Below, one piece after another: positions 9,115 to 18,370 of a stretch of DNA of 40,291 nt. The stretch covers positions 1 to 40,291 of the forward strand of contig MHYB01000014.1 in NCBI GenBank assembly GCA_001824635.1, in the 5' to 3' direction. Each line of letters opens with the position of its first letter. The stretch's first letter is position 1. Under the pieces are notes generated by a model that did no database searches, had not been told where the DNA came from, and was given only the letters and a program-made list of their open reading frames with translations. The stretch comes from Planctomycetes bacterium GWF2_50_10 (GTDB lineage Bacteria > Planctomycetota > Phycisphaerae > Sedimentisphaerales > GWF2-50-10). The translations under genes and the position numbers were made by a program.

Positions 9115-10371
9115 TTAGGACGGCTTTATAAAGTGCTCAGGTACAGGGAACTGCGAGCACAGCAGAAGTACTTCTTTTCCGACCTGCTCGATCACCGATT
9201 CGTTATCGATGTTTTCGGCGACCTTAGCCATGTACTCGGCTATTTTGGCCATTTCTGGTTCTTTCATACCGCGGCTTGTAATGGCAGGTGTGCCTATTCG
9301 CAGGCCGCTTGGGTTGAATGGTGGTGCGGGATCATCAGGGATCGTGTTGTAGTTTGTCTCGATCCTTGCGCGATCGAGTGCCTTGGCGAATTTTTTGCCC
9401 GGTATGCCTTTGTTACGAAGGTCAATCAAGACCAGGTGATTGTCCGTACCGTCGGAAACGAGCTTGAAACCCTTTTCCATGAGTTTCTGTGCCAGTGCGG
9501 CGGCGTTTGCGACGATCTGTTTGGCATATGCGACAAATTCGGGCGTGTCCGCTTCTGCAAGTGCCACCGCGATCGCGGTTACGGTATGCATATGCGGGCC
9601 GCCTTGAAGGCCCGGGAATACTGATTTATCCACACTGGCTGCATGCTCGGCTTTGCACAGCAGCATTCCGCCACGCGGGCCTCGAAGTGTTTTGTGTGTC
9701 GTGGTTGAGACAATATCTGCATAGGGTACGGGGCTTGGATGAATGCCTGCCACCACAAGGCCGGAAATGTGGGCGATATCCGCAAGCAGGAACGCCCCGA
9801 CTTCCTTTGCTATCCTGCCGAACTGCGAAAAATCAATAGTTCTCGGATATGCCGTTGCGCCGCAGATGATCATCTTGGGCCGGTGCTGTTTGGCAAGTTC
9901 CTCGATCTGGTTGAAATCGAGCCTGCCGGTATCGCCGCGAACGGTGTATTGCACGGATTTGTAGAATTTGCTTGTGACGCTCACCTTCCATCCATGGGTC
10001 AGGTGGCCGCCGTAAGGCAGTGAAAGTCCCATTACCGTGTCGCCCGGAGAAAGCAGGGCATTATATGCGCCAAGGTTGGCGACGGAGCCTGAATAAGGCT
10101 GCACATTGGCATGGTCAGCCTTGAATACCTTTTTTGCACGCTGGATGGCAATGGTTTCGATAAGATCAGTTACCTGCTGGCCCTCGTAGTATCGCTTGCC
10201 GGGGTAACCTTCGGAATATTTATTGGTTAAAACAGAGCCGCTGGCCTGCATTACCGCCTTGGAAACGTAGTTTTCCGAAGGGATAAGCCGCAATGAACCG
10301 CTTTGGCGGGTCTGCTCCTGCTTGATAAGTTCGTAAATCTGAGGATCGTATTGTGCTAACGCAGTGTTCAT
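9115..10371 (-). CDS. glyA: serine hydroxymethyltransferase
   Basis: I trimmed the start to ATG 10371 (GGAGaaaacatATG). The track ORF adds 21 non-conserved residues. SHMT hallmarks are present: NKYSEGYPGKRYYEG, and the PLP-lysine region VSTTTHKTLRGPRGG. Confidence 0.93.
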   Translation of the reverse strand: MNTALAQYDPQIYELIKQEQTRQSGSLRLIPSENYVSKAVMQASGSVLTNKYSEGYPGKRYYEGQQVTDLIETIAIQRAKKVFKADHANVQPYSGSVANLGAYNALLSPGDTVMGLSLPYGGHLTHGWKVSVTSKFYKSVQYTVRGDTGRLDFNQIEELAKQHRPKMIICGATAYPRTIDFSQFGRIAKEVGAFLLADIAHISGLVVAGIHPSPVPYADIVSTTTHKTLRGPRGGMLLCKAEHAASVDKSVFPGLQGGPHMHTVTAIAVALAEADTPEFVAYAKQIVANAAALAQKLMEKGFKLVSDGTDNHLVLIDLRNKGIPGKKFAKALDRARIETNYNTIPDDPAPPFNPSGLRIGTPAITSRGMKEPEMAKIAEYMAKVAENIDNESVIEQVGKEVLLLCSQFPVPEHFIKPS

Positions 10372-10440
10372 ATGTTTTCTCCAGGTAAAAGTAAGCGAAC
10401 TTTTATAACACGGCAATGTCGCCGTGACAAGCATTTTATG

Positions 10441-10471
10441 TTGACAATAGTCCTTAAATCATTACTATATT
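10441..10471 (+). promoter_or_regulatory. candidate promoter upstream of the TPR gene
   Basis: A perfect -35 TTGACA lies at 10441-10446, followed after 17-19 nt by the overlapping -10 candidates ACTATA, CTATAT and TATATT (10464-10471). Confidence 0.3.
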
Positions 10472-10501
10472 ACGTTTTAGGGTATTTTTTAACTACTGAT
10501 T

Positions 10502-11914
10502 ATGGCAGAGCGAACTCCATCAGAACAACTTGAAAATGCAAAAGTCTTCTTCACTCGTGCAGAGGAAGTGGCCGTGACCGGCAATTACGACTATGCCATA
10601 GAGATGTATCTTGACGGTATTCGCAGGGCACCCGATGCGCTCAAGGAAGGGCATTTGGCTTTGCGGCAAGTTGCGCTTCTTCGTATCAAAAAGGGCGGCA
10701 AAAAGCCCGGTATGCTCGATAAGATCAAGCGATCTTCGAAGCAGAAAGACCCAATAGAAGAACTGATAAACCAGGAATGGCTCTTTGCGCATGACCCGGA
10801 TAATGTCGGATATGCAGAGGGTTTTTTAAAAGCAGCAACGGCCGCCGGAGTAAAAAATACTGCCGCCTGGGTGGCTGATATGGTTTTTGAAGCCAATATA
10901 TCGGCTTCTAAGCCGTCTTTTGCGACTTTTATGATGCTCAAGGAATCCTACCGCATGGCTGGGGATTTCGAAAAAGCCATACGGGCACTCCACTATGCCA
11001 TGAAAGCTAAGCCTTCTGACCTACAGCTTGCCGATGAGCTGAAAAATCTTTCCGCCGAGCATGCCATGAAAAAAGGTAAGTACGATCAAGAAGGTGATTT
11101 CCGTCAATCCATACAAAACCGGGAAGGCCAGGAAAAGCTTCAGGCTCAGAATGCTGTAGTTAAAACGGATGATTACAAGGTAATTGCGCTTAAAGCAGCC
11201 CGCGAAACTGCTGAAAAGAACCCCACATTTACGACTATTTCCAAGCTTGCAGATGCCCTGGCCGAAGCAGGCACAGAAGATTCGTTCAATGAAGCCCTCT
11301 CAATTTTGGAAGCTAAATTCGCTCAAACGCAGGAATTTGCCTATAAAAGACACTCTAACGAGTTGAAAATAAAGAACTTACAGCGTCTTGTCAGGGCTTC
11401 GAGATCCGCCGTTGAGGAAAACCCCACTGATGTGCAGGCCCGGACTCGTTATGACAAACAAATGTCTGAACTGCTCAAATCCGAGCTTGAACATTTTAAA
11501 ACGTGTGTCGAACAGTATCCGACCGACGGCAAAATGAAATATGAATACGGCATACGGCTGATGCGCGTAAAGCGGTTTGATGATGCCATCCCGATGCTTC
11601 AGGATGCCCAAAAAGATCCAAAATACCGTTTTTCGGCAATGGATAAAATGGGACTGTGTTTCTTTTATAAGGGCTGGTTTTCAGATGCCGCTGATATTTT
11701 TCGGCAGGCGATTGAGTCTTATGAAATAAAAGATGATGCAACCGCCAAGGACTTGCGTTATAATCTGGCCCGCTCTTTGGAAGAGCAGGGTCAAACGGAA
11801 CAGGCCCTGGAGTTATATCGTAAGCTGGCACAATTGGATTTTGGATACAAGGACGTTCGCCAGCGGGTCGATAAGTTGCGAGCCGGTTCTAAACCCGAGC
11901 AACCAACCTCTTAG
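10502..11914 (+). CDS. TPR-repeat protein (hypothetical)
   Basis: 470-aa ORF, helical and repeat-like, with TPR-type stretches (YDYAIEMYLDGIRRAPD, FEKAIRALHYAMKAKP, FSDAADIFRQAIE, EQALELYRKLAQLD). No Shine-Dalgarno sequence is visible. Confidence 0.65.
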   Translation: MAERTPSEQLENAKVFFTRAEEVAVTGNYDYAIEMYLDGIRRAPDALKEGHLALRQVALLRIKKGGKKPGMLDKIKRSSKQKDPIEELINQEWLFAHDPDNVGYAEGFLKAATAAGVKNTAAWVADMVFEANISASKPSFATFMMLKESYRMAGDFEKAIRALHYAMKAKPSDLQLADELKNLSAEHAMKKGKYDQEGDFRQSIQNREGQEKLQAQNAVVKTDDYKVIALKAARETAEKNPTFTTISKLADALAEAGTEDSFNEALSILEAKFAQTQEFAYKRHSNELKIKNLQRLVRASRSAVEENPTDVQARTRYDKQMSELLKSELEHFKTCVEQYPTDGKMKYEYGIRLMRVKRFDDAIPMLQDAQKDPKYRFSAMDKMGLCFFYKGWFSDAADIFRQAIESYEIKDDATAKDLRYNLARSLEEQGQTEQALELYRKLAQLDFGYKDVRQRVDKLRAGSKPEQPTS

Positions 11915-11955
11915 TAAGATATTAATAAGGTACATTAGAAACTTAGGAGTTTAAA

Positions 11956-12240
11956 GTGGCACATTCGTTATCAGCCAAAAAAAGAGTCCGTCAGGACGCT
12001 AAAAAGAAACTTATCAATCGCGCCCGTAAAAGCGCGGTCAAGACCCAGGTCAAGCATCTGGAAGACGCGATTAAAGCCGGCGATCTGGCCAAGGTGCAGG
12101 AGGCTTTCAAGGCAACATCCAAAAAGCTCGACAAGGTCGCCTCGACTTCAACGATGCACAAGAACACCGCTGCCCGCAAGAAATCTCGGCTTGCCAAGCG
12201 AGTCAACGCCCTCAAAGCCAAATCTTCTGCCCAGGCTTAG
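11956..12240 (+). CDS. rpsT: 30S ribosomal protein bS20
   Basis: 94-aa ORF with a GTG start and AGGAG 7 nt upstream. MAHSLSAKKRVRQDAKKKLINRARKSAVKT is the classic S20 N-terminus. Confidence 0.92.
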   Translation: MAHSLSAKKRVRQDAKKKLINRARKSAVKTQVKHLEDAIKAGDLAKVQEAFKATSKKLDKVASTSTMHKNTAARKKSRLAKRVNALKAKSSAQA

Positions 12241-12266
12241 TCCAAAGGGAGCACATCGAATCATCG

Positions 12267-12298
12267 CGTCCAGCCGGACCTCCGGTTGGACGTTTTTT
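12267..12298 (+). terminator. rho-independent terminator after rpsT
   Basis: CGTCCAGCCGGA-cc-TCCGGTTGGACG forms an 11-12 bp stem with one G-U pair, followed by TTTTTT. Confidence 0.8.
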
Positions 12299-12406
12299 AT
12301 TGCCCTTGCGCCGAAATTATTTCCATGTCGTATATATTCTTGAATGTTGAGTTTAAGCCGGCTTTCGCATTTGTCCGATAATGTATATATCTAATTAGAG
12401 AGAAAG

Positions 12407-14662
12407 ATGCCGGAAGTATTCAAACAGAAGATATTGAAGTTCCTCACTCGGCGTGACTACATGCCGCTCAAGCTCCATCCGCTCGCGAAAGCCTTGGGTG
12501 TCGAGGATGATCAGTTCGAGACATTCGCAGCTGCTTTTAAGGAACTTTACCAGGCCGGCCGTGTTGTTATTGGCGCGAAAAACCTTATTTCACTGCCGCC
12601 GCCTTCAAGCAAGATGGTCGGCAAATTCCGTTCCAACCCCAAGGGTTTTGGCTTTGTCATACCTCTTGAGCCTAATGCTCAAGGCGATCTTTTTATCCCG
12701 CCCGGAGCCACGATGGAAGCCATGACCGGCGATACCGTCGAGGCGCGTGTCACGCAAAGAGGCAAACGATCCGGCAAGATGCAATATAATGGCGAGATCA
12801 TCGCGATACTTGAACGCGGACATGATCAGCTTGTCGGCACGCTGAATAAAGAGAACGGCCAGTGGTTCGTCAAACCGGATGGCAACACGCTTCTCGAACC
12901 CGTAAGCGTCGATGATGTAACCGCCAAAAACGCCCAGATCAATGACAAAGTAGTTATTGAGATCATCGCGTACCCAAGTGAAAAGTATCTTGCCCGCGGC
13001 GTAATTATCGAAGTGCTTGGAAAGGCTGGCCTGTATGATTCCGAAATACGCTCCGTTATAAAACAGTTCCATTTGCCCGAAGAATTCCCCTCCCAGTGCA
13101 TAGAGCAGTCTAGGCAAGCGGCAAATGATTTCAGCCCCGATACGGTTGAGTCACGCGATGACATTTCAGACCAGGTTGTAATCACTATCGACCCGCCAGA
13201 TGCAAAGGATTTCGATGATGCCATCAGCCTTGTTCGCAATCTCGACGGCAACTGGGTTTTGGGCGTGCATATCGCTGATGTAAGCACATTTATAGCCATG
13301 AATTCCCCGCTGGATATCGAGGCACGCGAGCGCGGCAACAGCGCATACCTGCCGGGCAAAACCATCCCTATGCTGCCCGAAATTTTGAGCAACGGTATAT
13401 GTTCGCTCCAGCCTAATCAGAGACGTTTCGTCAAAAGCGCTTATATAACCTACGACAACGACGGCCACGTCCTTGGTCGCGACTTCGCCAACAGCATAAT
13501 CAAATCGTTCGAACGCCTTACCTACGAACGCGCTTATGACATTATCAACGGCCAGGTCACCGGCGAAAAGCCCGAAGTGGTTTCCCTTTTAAAAGACATG
13601 GAGCATCTCGCCCAGGCTATTGAAAAGCGCCGTGATCGCCAGGGTGCAATTCATCTTAATCTCCCTGAGATCGAATTGATCCTTGACAAACAGGGCAAGG
13701 TCATCGATGCCGAACCCGCCGAAAACAGCTATCCGCACACGATAATCGAAATGTTCATGGTCGAAGCGAATGAAGCTGTTGCCGCTTTGCTGGATCGTTT
13801 CCGCGTTCCCTTTATGCGACGCATTCATCCTGACCCAGACAGCATCAGCACCAACAATCTCATTCGCTTTGTGAGCCTTTGCGGCATAAAGATCCCCCGC
13901 AAGCTTGACCGCCGCGCGATCCAGGATCTTTTGGCGTTTGTACATGGCACGCCTGCCGAACTGCCGATTAACCTCCATGTACTGCGATCGCTTACCCGCG
14001 CCGAATATTCCCCGCTCCACATTGGCCATTACGCGCTGGCGTCGGAACATTATTGCCACTTCACTTCACCGATAAGACGATACGCCGACCTGCTCGTTCA
14101 CCGTCTGCTCCAATGCTATCTCGAGCAGCGTCTTAACATGATCGGCCTTGAAGAAGTGCTCCCCGATGCCGAACTCATCGAGATCGGAAAGCACATCTCC
14201 TTCACCGAGCAGCGAGCCAATGACGCCGAGGGCGAACTTAAAAAAGTGCTCCTCCTCCAGATGCTCAGCGAACATATTGGTGAATCGCTCGACTGCGTCG
14301 TATCGGGCCTTACAAATTTCGGCATTTTTGTCCAGTCCACCCGTTTCGGTATCGATGGCCTCATCCCGTTTGAGCAACTCAGTGACGATGAATGGAGGTA
14401 TGATGACCACCGCCACTGCGCAGTGTCAAAGCGGGCAGGGAAAATGGTTCATCTCGGCGATCCGATGGTCTGCCAGATCGTCTCCGTAAACATTTCCGCC
14501 AGGCAGTTGAGCCTTGCCCCCCTCGAACCGCTTACAGAAACCGAACCTAAACCAAAGAAAGCCAAATATCAGGCCACCCGCACCCGAAGAACTTCCGACA
14601 GACGCCGCAGTACTTCAGGCAGAATCCCCGACCGTAGAAAGGCCCCTCGCCGCAAGAAATAA
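12407..14662 (+). CDS. rnr: ribonuclease R
   Basis: 751-aa ORF. It has N-terminal cold-shock/OB regions, an RNB catalytic domain (ITIDPPDAKDFDDAIS, FTSPIRRYADLLVHR), a C-terminal S1 domain and a basic tail. Confidence 0.9.
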   Translation: MPEVFKQKILKFLTRRDYMPLKLHPLAKALGVEDDQFETFAAAFKELYQAGRVVIGAKNLISLPPPSSKMVGKFRSNPKGFGFVIPLEPNAQGDLFIPPGATMEAMTGDTVEARVTQRGKRSGKMQYNGEIIAILERGHDQLVGTLNKENGQWFVKPDGNTLLEPVSVDDVTAKNAQINDKVVIEIIAYPSEKYLARGVIIEVLGKAGLYDSEIRSVIKQFHLPEEFPSQCIEQSRQAANDFSPDTVESRDDISDQVVITIDPPDAKDFDDAISLVRNLDGNWVLGVHIADVSTFIAMNSPLDIEARERGNSAYLPGKTIPMLPEILSNGICSLQPNQRRFVKSAYITYDNDGHVLGRDFANSIIKSFERLTYERAYDIINGQVTGEKPEVVSLLKDMEHLAQAIEKRRDRQGAIHLNLPEIELILDKQGKVIDAEPAENSYPHTIIEMFMVEANEAVAALLDRFRVPFMRRIHPDPDSISTNNLIRFVSLCGIKIPRKLDRRAIQDLLAFVHGTPAELPINLHVLRSLTRAEYSPLHIGHYALASEHYCHFTSPIRRYADLLVHRLLQCYLEQRLNMIGLEEVLPDAELIEIGKHISFTEQRANDAEGELKKVLLLQMLSEHIGESLDCVVSGLTNFGIFVQSTRFGIDGLIPFEQLSDDEWRYDDHRHCAVSKRAGKMVHLGDPMVCQIVSVNISARQLSLAPLEPLTETEPKPKKAKYQATRTRRTSDRRRSTSGRIPDRRKAPRRKK

Positions 14663-14676
14663 TTTAGAGGATATCG

Positions 14677-15057
14677 ATGCTGATCGTTTTTGTAGTTGCA
14701 ATAGGGGGAGCAATAGGCTCAGTGCTTAGGTATTGGTTCAGTGGCGCCGCCTACCGGCTTTTCGGCTCCAGCTTTCCATGGGGCACGCTGACCGTCAATC
14801 TTCTCGGCTCAGCCTTGATAGGATTTTTATTTGCCGCATTCGAGCGGTCTGCCGCCCACCCAGCCACAAGAATGTTCGTAATGATGGGCATACTCGGCGG
14901 TTTTACAACTTTTTCTGGTTTCAGCATTGAAAACCTTAATCTGCTCCGTGATGGGCAGGTGCGGGCAGCCGTGATGAACATTTTAGTCAGCAATGTGCTG
15001 GGCATCGCACTGGCATTTGGCGGATACTGGCTCTATAAGAACGTGAGCACTTGGTAA
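14677..15057 (+). CDS. crcB: fluoride channel CrcB/FluC
   Basis: 126-aa ORF with four TM helices and CrcB signatures (GGAIGSVLRY, GTLTVNLLGSALIG, GGFTTFSGFS). Confidence 0.9.
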   Translation: MLIVFVVAIGGAIGSVLRYWFSGAAYRLFGSSFPWGTLTVNLLGSALIGFLFAAFERSAAHPATRMFVMMGILGGFTTFSGFSIENLNLLRDGQVRAAVMNILVSNVLGIALAFGGYWLYKNVSTW

Positions 15058-15068
15058 AGGAGACTCTT

Positions 15069-15419
15069 ATGGTAAAAATGGGAACGCAGGGGCAATTGCT
15101 CAGAGTATTCGTCGGAGAAAGTGATAAGCTTTCCGGAAAACCCCTTTACGAACAGATCGTCATTGAAGCCAGGCGGCTCAATTTAGCCGGTGCAACAGTC
15201 CTCCGCGGCATAATGGGCTACGGCGCAAACAGCAGGGTACATACCGCCAAGATGCTCCGCCTCAGCGAGGATCTGCCCGTCGTCGTCGAAATCGTTGATG
15301 AAGCCGAAAAGATCGCCACAATAATGGATTTCCTCGATACTCATGTGCAGGAAGGGTTGATTACTCTTGAAAATGTAAACGTAATTAAATACCGCCATAG
15401 CGGAAAAAATTTGGCGTAG
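15069..15419 (+). CDS. DUF190-domain protein, the usual crcB partner
   Basis: I set the start at ATG 15069 (AAGGAG upstream); the track start at 15051 is TTG and overlaps crcB. The sequence GESDKLSGKPLYEQIVIEARRLNLAGATVLRGIMGYG matches the DUF190 pattern. Confidence 0.8.
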   Translation: MVKMGTQGQLLRVFVGESDKLSGKPLYEQIVIEARRLNLAGATVLRGIMGYGANSRVHTAKMLRLSEDLPVVVEIVDEAEKIATIMDFLDTHVQEGLITLENVNVIKYRHSGKNLA

Positions 15420-15510
15420 CAGGAATTTTGAAATATAAGACACCTGCAGTTGTGAACTTTTTCGCTTTCAGTGACGTACAACGTAAGAACAATTTATTAT
15501 GGAGGTCACT

Positions 15511-15789
15511 ATGAAATATGCTCTATTGTCGCTAGCCGTATGCCTGCTTGCCTTTGCGGGCGGGTGCAAAAAGGATAACACGGTCGAATCCAAGCAGAAA
15601 GAGGCAAATTCAGCCGCCGCGGCCCAGGGCGAGCAGACGATCTGCCCGGTTATGGGCGGCAAGATCGATAAAAATGTAAAAACCGAATACCAGGGCAAAA
15701 CTGTCTATTTCTGCTGTTCAGGCTGTATTGATACCTTCAAGGCCGATCCCAACAAGTACATCGACAAGCTGCCGCAGTTTAAAAGTTAA
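15511..15789 (+). CDS. YHS/TRASH-domain lipoprotein, putative periplasmic metal-binding protein
   Basis: I set the start at ATG 15511 (GGAGG upstream). The lipoprotein signal is MKYALLSLAVCLLAFAGGC, and the YHS-type motif is CPVMGGKIDKNVKTEYQGKTVYFCCSGCIDTFKADPNKY. Confidence 0.8.
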   Translation: MKYALLSLAVCLLAFAGGCKKDNTVESKQKEANSAAAAQGEQTICPVMGGKIDKNVKTEYQGKTVYFCCSGCIDTFKADPNKYIDKLPQFKS

Positions 15790-15928
15790 TGCAGTTCAAA
15801 AATTCCGCCGTGCGGCCGATCTTTTTCTAATCGCTTTTTATGCCACATGCGACAACCTGAAAAATTGGGTTGTAAATGAACGGTTTTGCGACGAAAATGG
15901 GTACCACAAAACCAATAGTCACGGGAGG

Positions 15929-17203
15929 ATGCCGGTGAAGGCTTTTAGAAAGTCAAATTTCAAATTAAATCTTGCCCTTGCCTGTTGCGCAATTTGTAGT
16001 GTGTTTTCTGCTGCCGCCATGGGTGATGCCAATCTTGCCACTCTCAAGGACTACCTCGATTACGCCGGCACAAACAGTGTTGAACTTGCAGGGGCCTATG
16101 CCCAATGGCAGGCGGCGGTTGAAGAGATTCCGCAGGCCGGAGCGCTTGCCGAGCCTAAATTCGAATATGAATTTGAAACTCAGCGCACGCCTCACACACA
16201 AAAGTTCGGCATAATGCAGCCGCTGCCGTGGTTCGGTGTCCGCGCTGCAAGGACCGAGGCTGCCAAAGCACAGGCCCAGGCCGCGAAAAAAAGATACGAT
16301 GCCGTAAGGCTCAAACTGTTCAATGAGGTCAGGCAGGCATATTTTGATTTCGCGTACCTTGCCAAACAAATCGAAACTGCTTCGCAACGCCTCGAACTGC
16401 TAAAGCATATCGAAGAGGTTGCTCGCATTCGCTATGCGGCCAGCATGGCCAGCCATCCCGATCATATTCGAGCTGAAATAGAAATTTCAAAAGCTGCCTT
16501 TGACCTTCTCACGCTGGAAAAACAGCGGGAACCTGTGGTCGCCAAACTCAATGCCATACTCAACCGCCCTGTAATCGCAAAACTCGACTGGCCGCAAAGT
16601 CAGCAGTATGAACCAGCCGATGTAAATTTTTCGCAGGTTGCCTTGGCGATAATTGAAAATAATCCCGAACTCGCAGCGGCCGAAAGCGAAATAGCCGCCT
16701 CGCGCAGCCAGGTTGACCTTGCTAAGAAAAAGTCATATCCCGAATTTGAAGTCGGGGTCGAGTTTTACGCCGATGCCGTCGAGACAATGGGCCCAGGCCC
16801 TCAGCCTATTATGGCAAGAATCGGCCTTACCCTTCCGATCTGGGCTGATAGCTACAGCGCTGCACAAAGACAGGCCCGCGCGCGACTGGCTGAAAATGTA
16901 AGCAAAAAACGCCGGTCGCAGAACGATCTTATGCTCTGGGCCAGCCAAATTCTCTATGAACTTGACCAGGCCCGGCGAAAGTCCTCACTGTATAAAAACA
17001 GCATCATACCCCGTTCACGCGAAATGCTTGGTTCGTATGAGGCACTCTATCGCGAAGAAGGAGCTGATTTCGCCATCCTGATAGAAGCCCAAAGAACGCT
17101 CCTTGACAGCGAACTCGAATATCAAAAAGCGCAAATCGAGCTTGGGCAGAGAACCGCCCAGCTTGAGATGCTCATGGGTAAAGAAGTACAGGGATTAAAA
17201 TGA
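15929..17203 (+). CDS. cusC: TolC-family outer-membrane efflux protein (CusC-like)
   Basis: I trimmed the start to ATG 15929 (GGGAGG upstream). The track ORF begins inside the YHS gene. It has a signal peptide and two tandem OEP repeats, and its stop overlaps the cusB start (ATGA). Confidence 0.8.
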   Translation: MPVKAFRKSNFKLNLALACCAICSVFSAAAMGDANLATLKDYLDYAGTNSVELAGAYAQWQAAVEEIPQAGALAEPKFEYEFETQRTPHTQKFGIMQPLPWFGVRAARTEAAKAQAQAAKKRYDAVRLKLFNEVRQAYFDFAYLAKQIETASQRLELLKHIEEVARIRYAASMASHPDHIRAEIEISKAAFDLLTLEKQREPVVAKLNAILNRPVIAKLDWPQSQQYEPADVNFSQVALAIIENNPELAAAESEIAASRSQVDLAKKKSYPEFEVGVEFYADAVETMGPGPQPIMARIGLTLPIWADSYSAAQRQARARLAENVSKKRRSQNDLMLWASQILYELDQARRKSSLYKNSIIPRSREMLGSYEALYREEGADFAILIEAQRTLLDSELEYQKAQIELGQRTAQLEMLMGKEVQGLK

Positions 17204-18354
17204 AGCAGCTTATTTTAGTTTTGGTCATACTCTCCATTGTTGCGCTTGGCATTTATGTTGCGGATACTCGCTATCATTTCCTTGGTGCGCAGCAACATCA
17301 GCAAACAGGCGAAAAAAGCGTCTATTACTGTCCCATGCATCCGCAGATCATCGATGATAAACCCGGCGAATGCCCCATCTGCTTCATGAGCCTCATAAAA
17401 AAAATTGAAGAGCCTCAAAGCCCCAAAGCCTCACAAAAGAAAATACTCTATTACAGAAACCCAATGAATCCTGCCGTCACCAGCCCTGTGCCCATGAAAG
17501 ACGAAATGGGAATGGATTATGTGCCGGTCTACGAAGAGGCCCCGCAGAAAGCCTCACAAGTTTATATAAGCCCTGAAAAGCAACAGCTTATAGGTGTCAA
17601 AAAGGCCCCGGTAAAGTCAAAACATCTCACCGGCGAACTGGTCACGGTAGGGCGGGTCGCCTATGATCCCAATCTTTTCGTTGCCCAGCAGGAATATCTC
17701 CAGGCCGTAAAGAGCAGGGGTAATTTGAACAAAGCCGCCATCGAATATGCCAAAGATCAGGTCGCCTCATTCCTTGAGACAGCCAAACGCAAACTCATGC
17801 TGATGGGCATGAGCGAAAAAGAGATTAATGCACTGGAAAAAGCCGGAAAGCCCGACCAGAATCTATACCTGCCAAACGGCGAGCAGCAATCCGTTTGGGT
17901 CTATGTTACCGTATTTGAATATGAGGCAGGCCTTGTAAAAGAGGGCCAATCTGTGGAAGTAGAAGCCGGAGCTTATCCGGGCCAGAAATTTACCGGACAA
18001 ATAATTTCGATTTCCCCGATACTCGATCCAGCCACGCGCACTCTCAAAGTGCGCAGCATGGTTAATAATACGGATAACCTGCTCAAACTCGAAATGTTCG
18101 TCAACGTGCGAATCAAATATGATCTTGGCGAAAAGCTCGCTATACCGCGTGAAGCTGTAATGCGAGCCGGCACACGGGACCTGGTTTTCGTCGCTGATAG
18201 CAACGGGCATTTTGAAACTCGGCCCGTAACGCTGGGCCTCCGCGCAGGGAATGACTATGTTGTCCTGGACGGCTTGGCCGCCGGCGAAACAGTCGTCACC
18301 AGCGGCAATTTTCTGATCGACTCAGAATCAAAACTCAACGCGATTATAAACTAA
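17200..18354 (+). CDS. cusB: RND efflux periplasmic adaptor (CusB-like) with an N-terminal heavy-metal-binding domain
   Basis: 384-aa ORF. The metal-binding motif is YYCPMHPQIIDDKPGECPICFMSL. This is followed by the HlyD/MFP barrel-sandwich and beta-barrel regions. Confidence 0.85.
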   Translation: MKQLILVLVILSIVALGIYVADTRYHFLGAQQHQQTGEKSVYYCPMHPQIIDDKPGECPICFMSLIKKIEEPQSPKASQKKILYYRNPMNPAVTSPVPMKDEMGMDYVPVYEEAPQKASQVYISPEKQQLIGVKKAPVKSKHLTGELVTVGRVAYDPNLFVAQQEYLQAVKSRGNLNKAAIEYAKDQVASFLETAKRKLMLMGMSEKEINALEKAGKPDQNLYLPNGEQQSVWVYVTVFEYEAGLVKEGQSVEVEAGAYPGQKFTGQIISISPILDPATRTLKVRSMVNNTDNLLKLEMFVNVRIKYDLGEKLAIPREAVMRAGTRDLVFVADSNGHFETRPVTLGLRAGNDYVVLDGLAAGETVVTSGNFLIDSESKLNAIIN

Positions 18355-18370
18355 CGATTCACTGATAAGT

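Noticed and set aside
10372-10434. The 21-codon N-terminal extension of glyA in the track ORF (MLVTATLPCYKSSLTFTWRKH).
   Set aside because: The conserved SHMT sequence starts at the internal Met, which has GGAG at proper spacing. The upstream ATG has no RBS and the extension is non-conserved in character.
10372-10500. A ZTP (pfl) or other riboswitch in the glyA leader, and the small hairpin CACGGC-n6-GCCGTG at 10409-10426.
   Set aside because: I could not find the conserved ZTP pseudoknot elements (such as the CCGCCUGGGC-type 3-prime segment). The hairpin is only 6 bp and lacks a U-tract, so I make no call.
14663-14676. A fluoride riboswitch upstream of crcB.
   Set aside because: Only 14 nt separate rnr and crcB. 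I saw no riboswitch-like conserved core by eye in the flanking sequence.
15728-15928. The 67-codon N-terminal extension of the TolC-family ORF, which overlaps the YHS gene.
   Set aside because: The internal ATG at 15929 has a GGGAGG RBS and is followed immediately by a signal peptide. The extension overlaps the end of the YHS gene in another frame.
18325-18348. A heptamer-like pattern inside the cusB 3-prime end (minus-strand reading GCGTTGAGTTTTGATTCTGAGTC).
   Set aside because: It lies within plus-strand coding sequence with no minus-strand gene nearby, and it has only two or three imperfect units. I treat it as an example of the chance background for the heptamer pattern.
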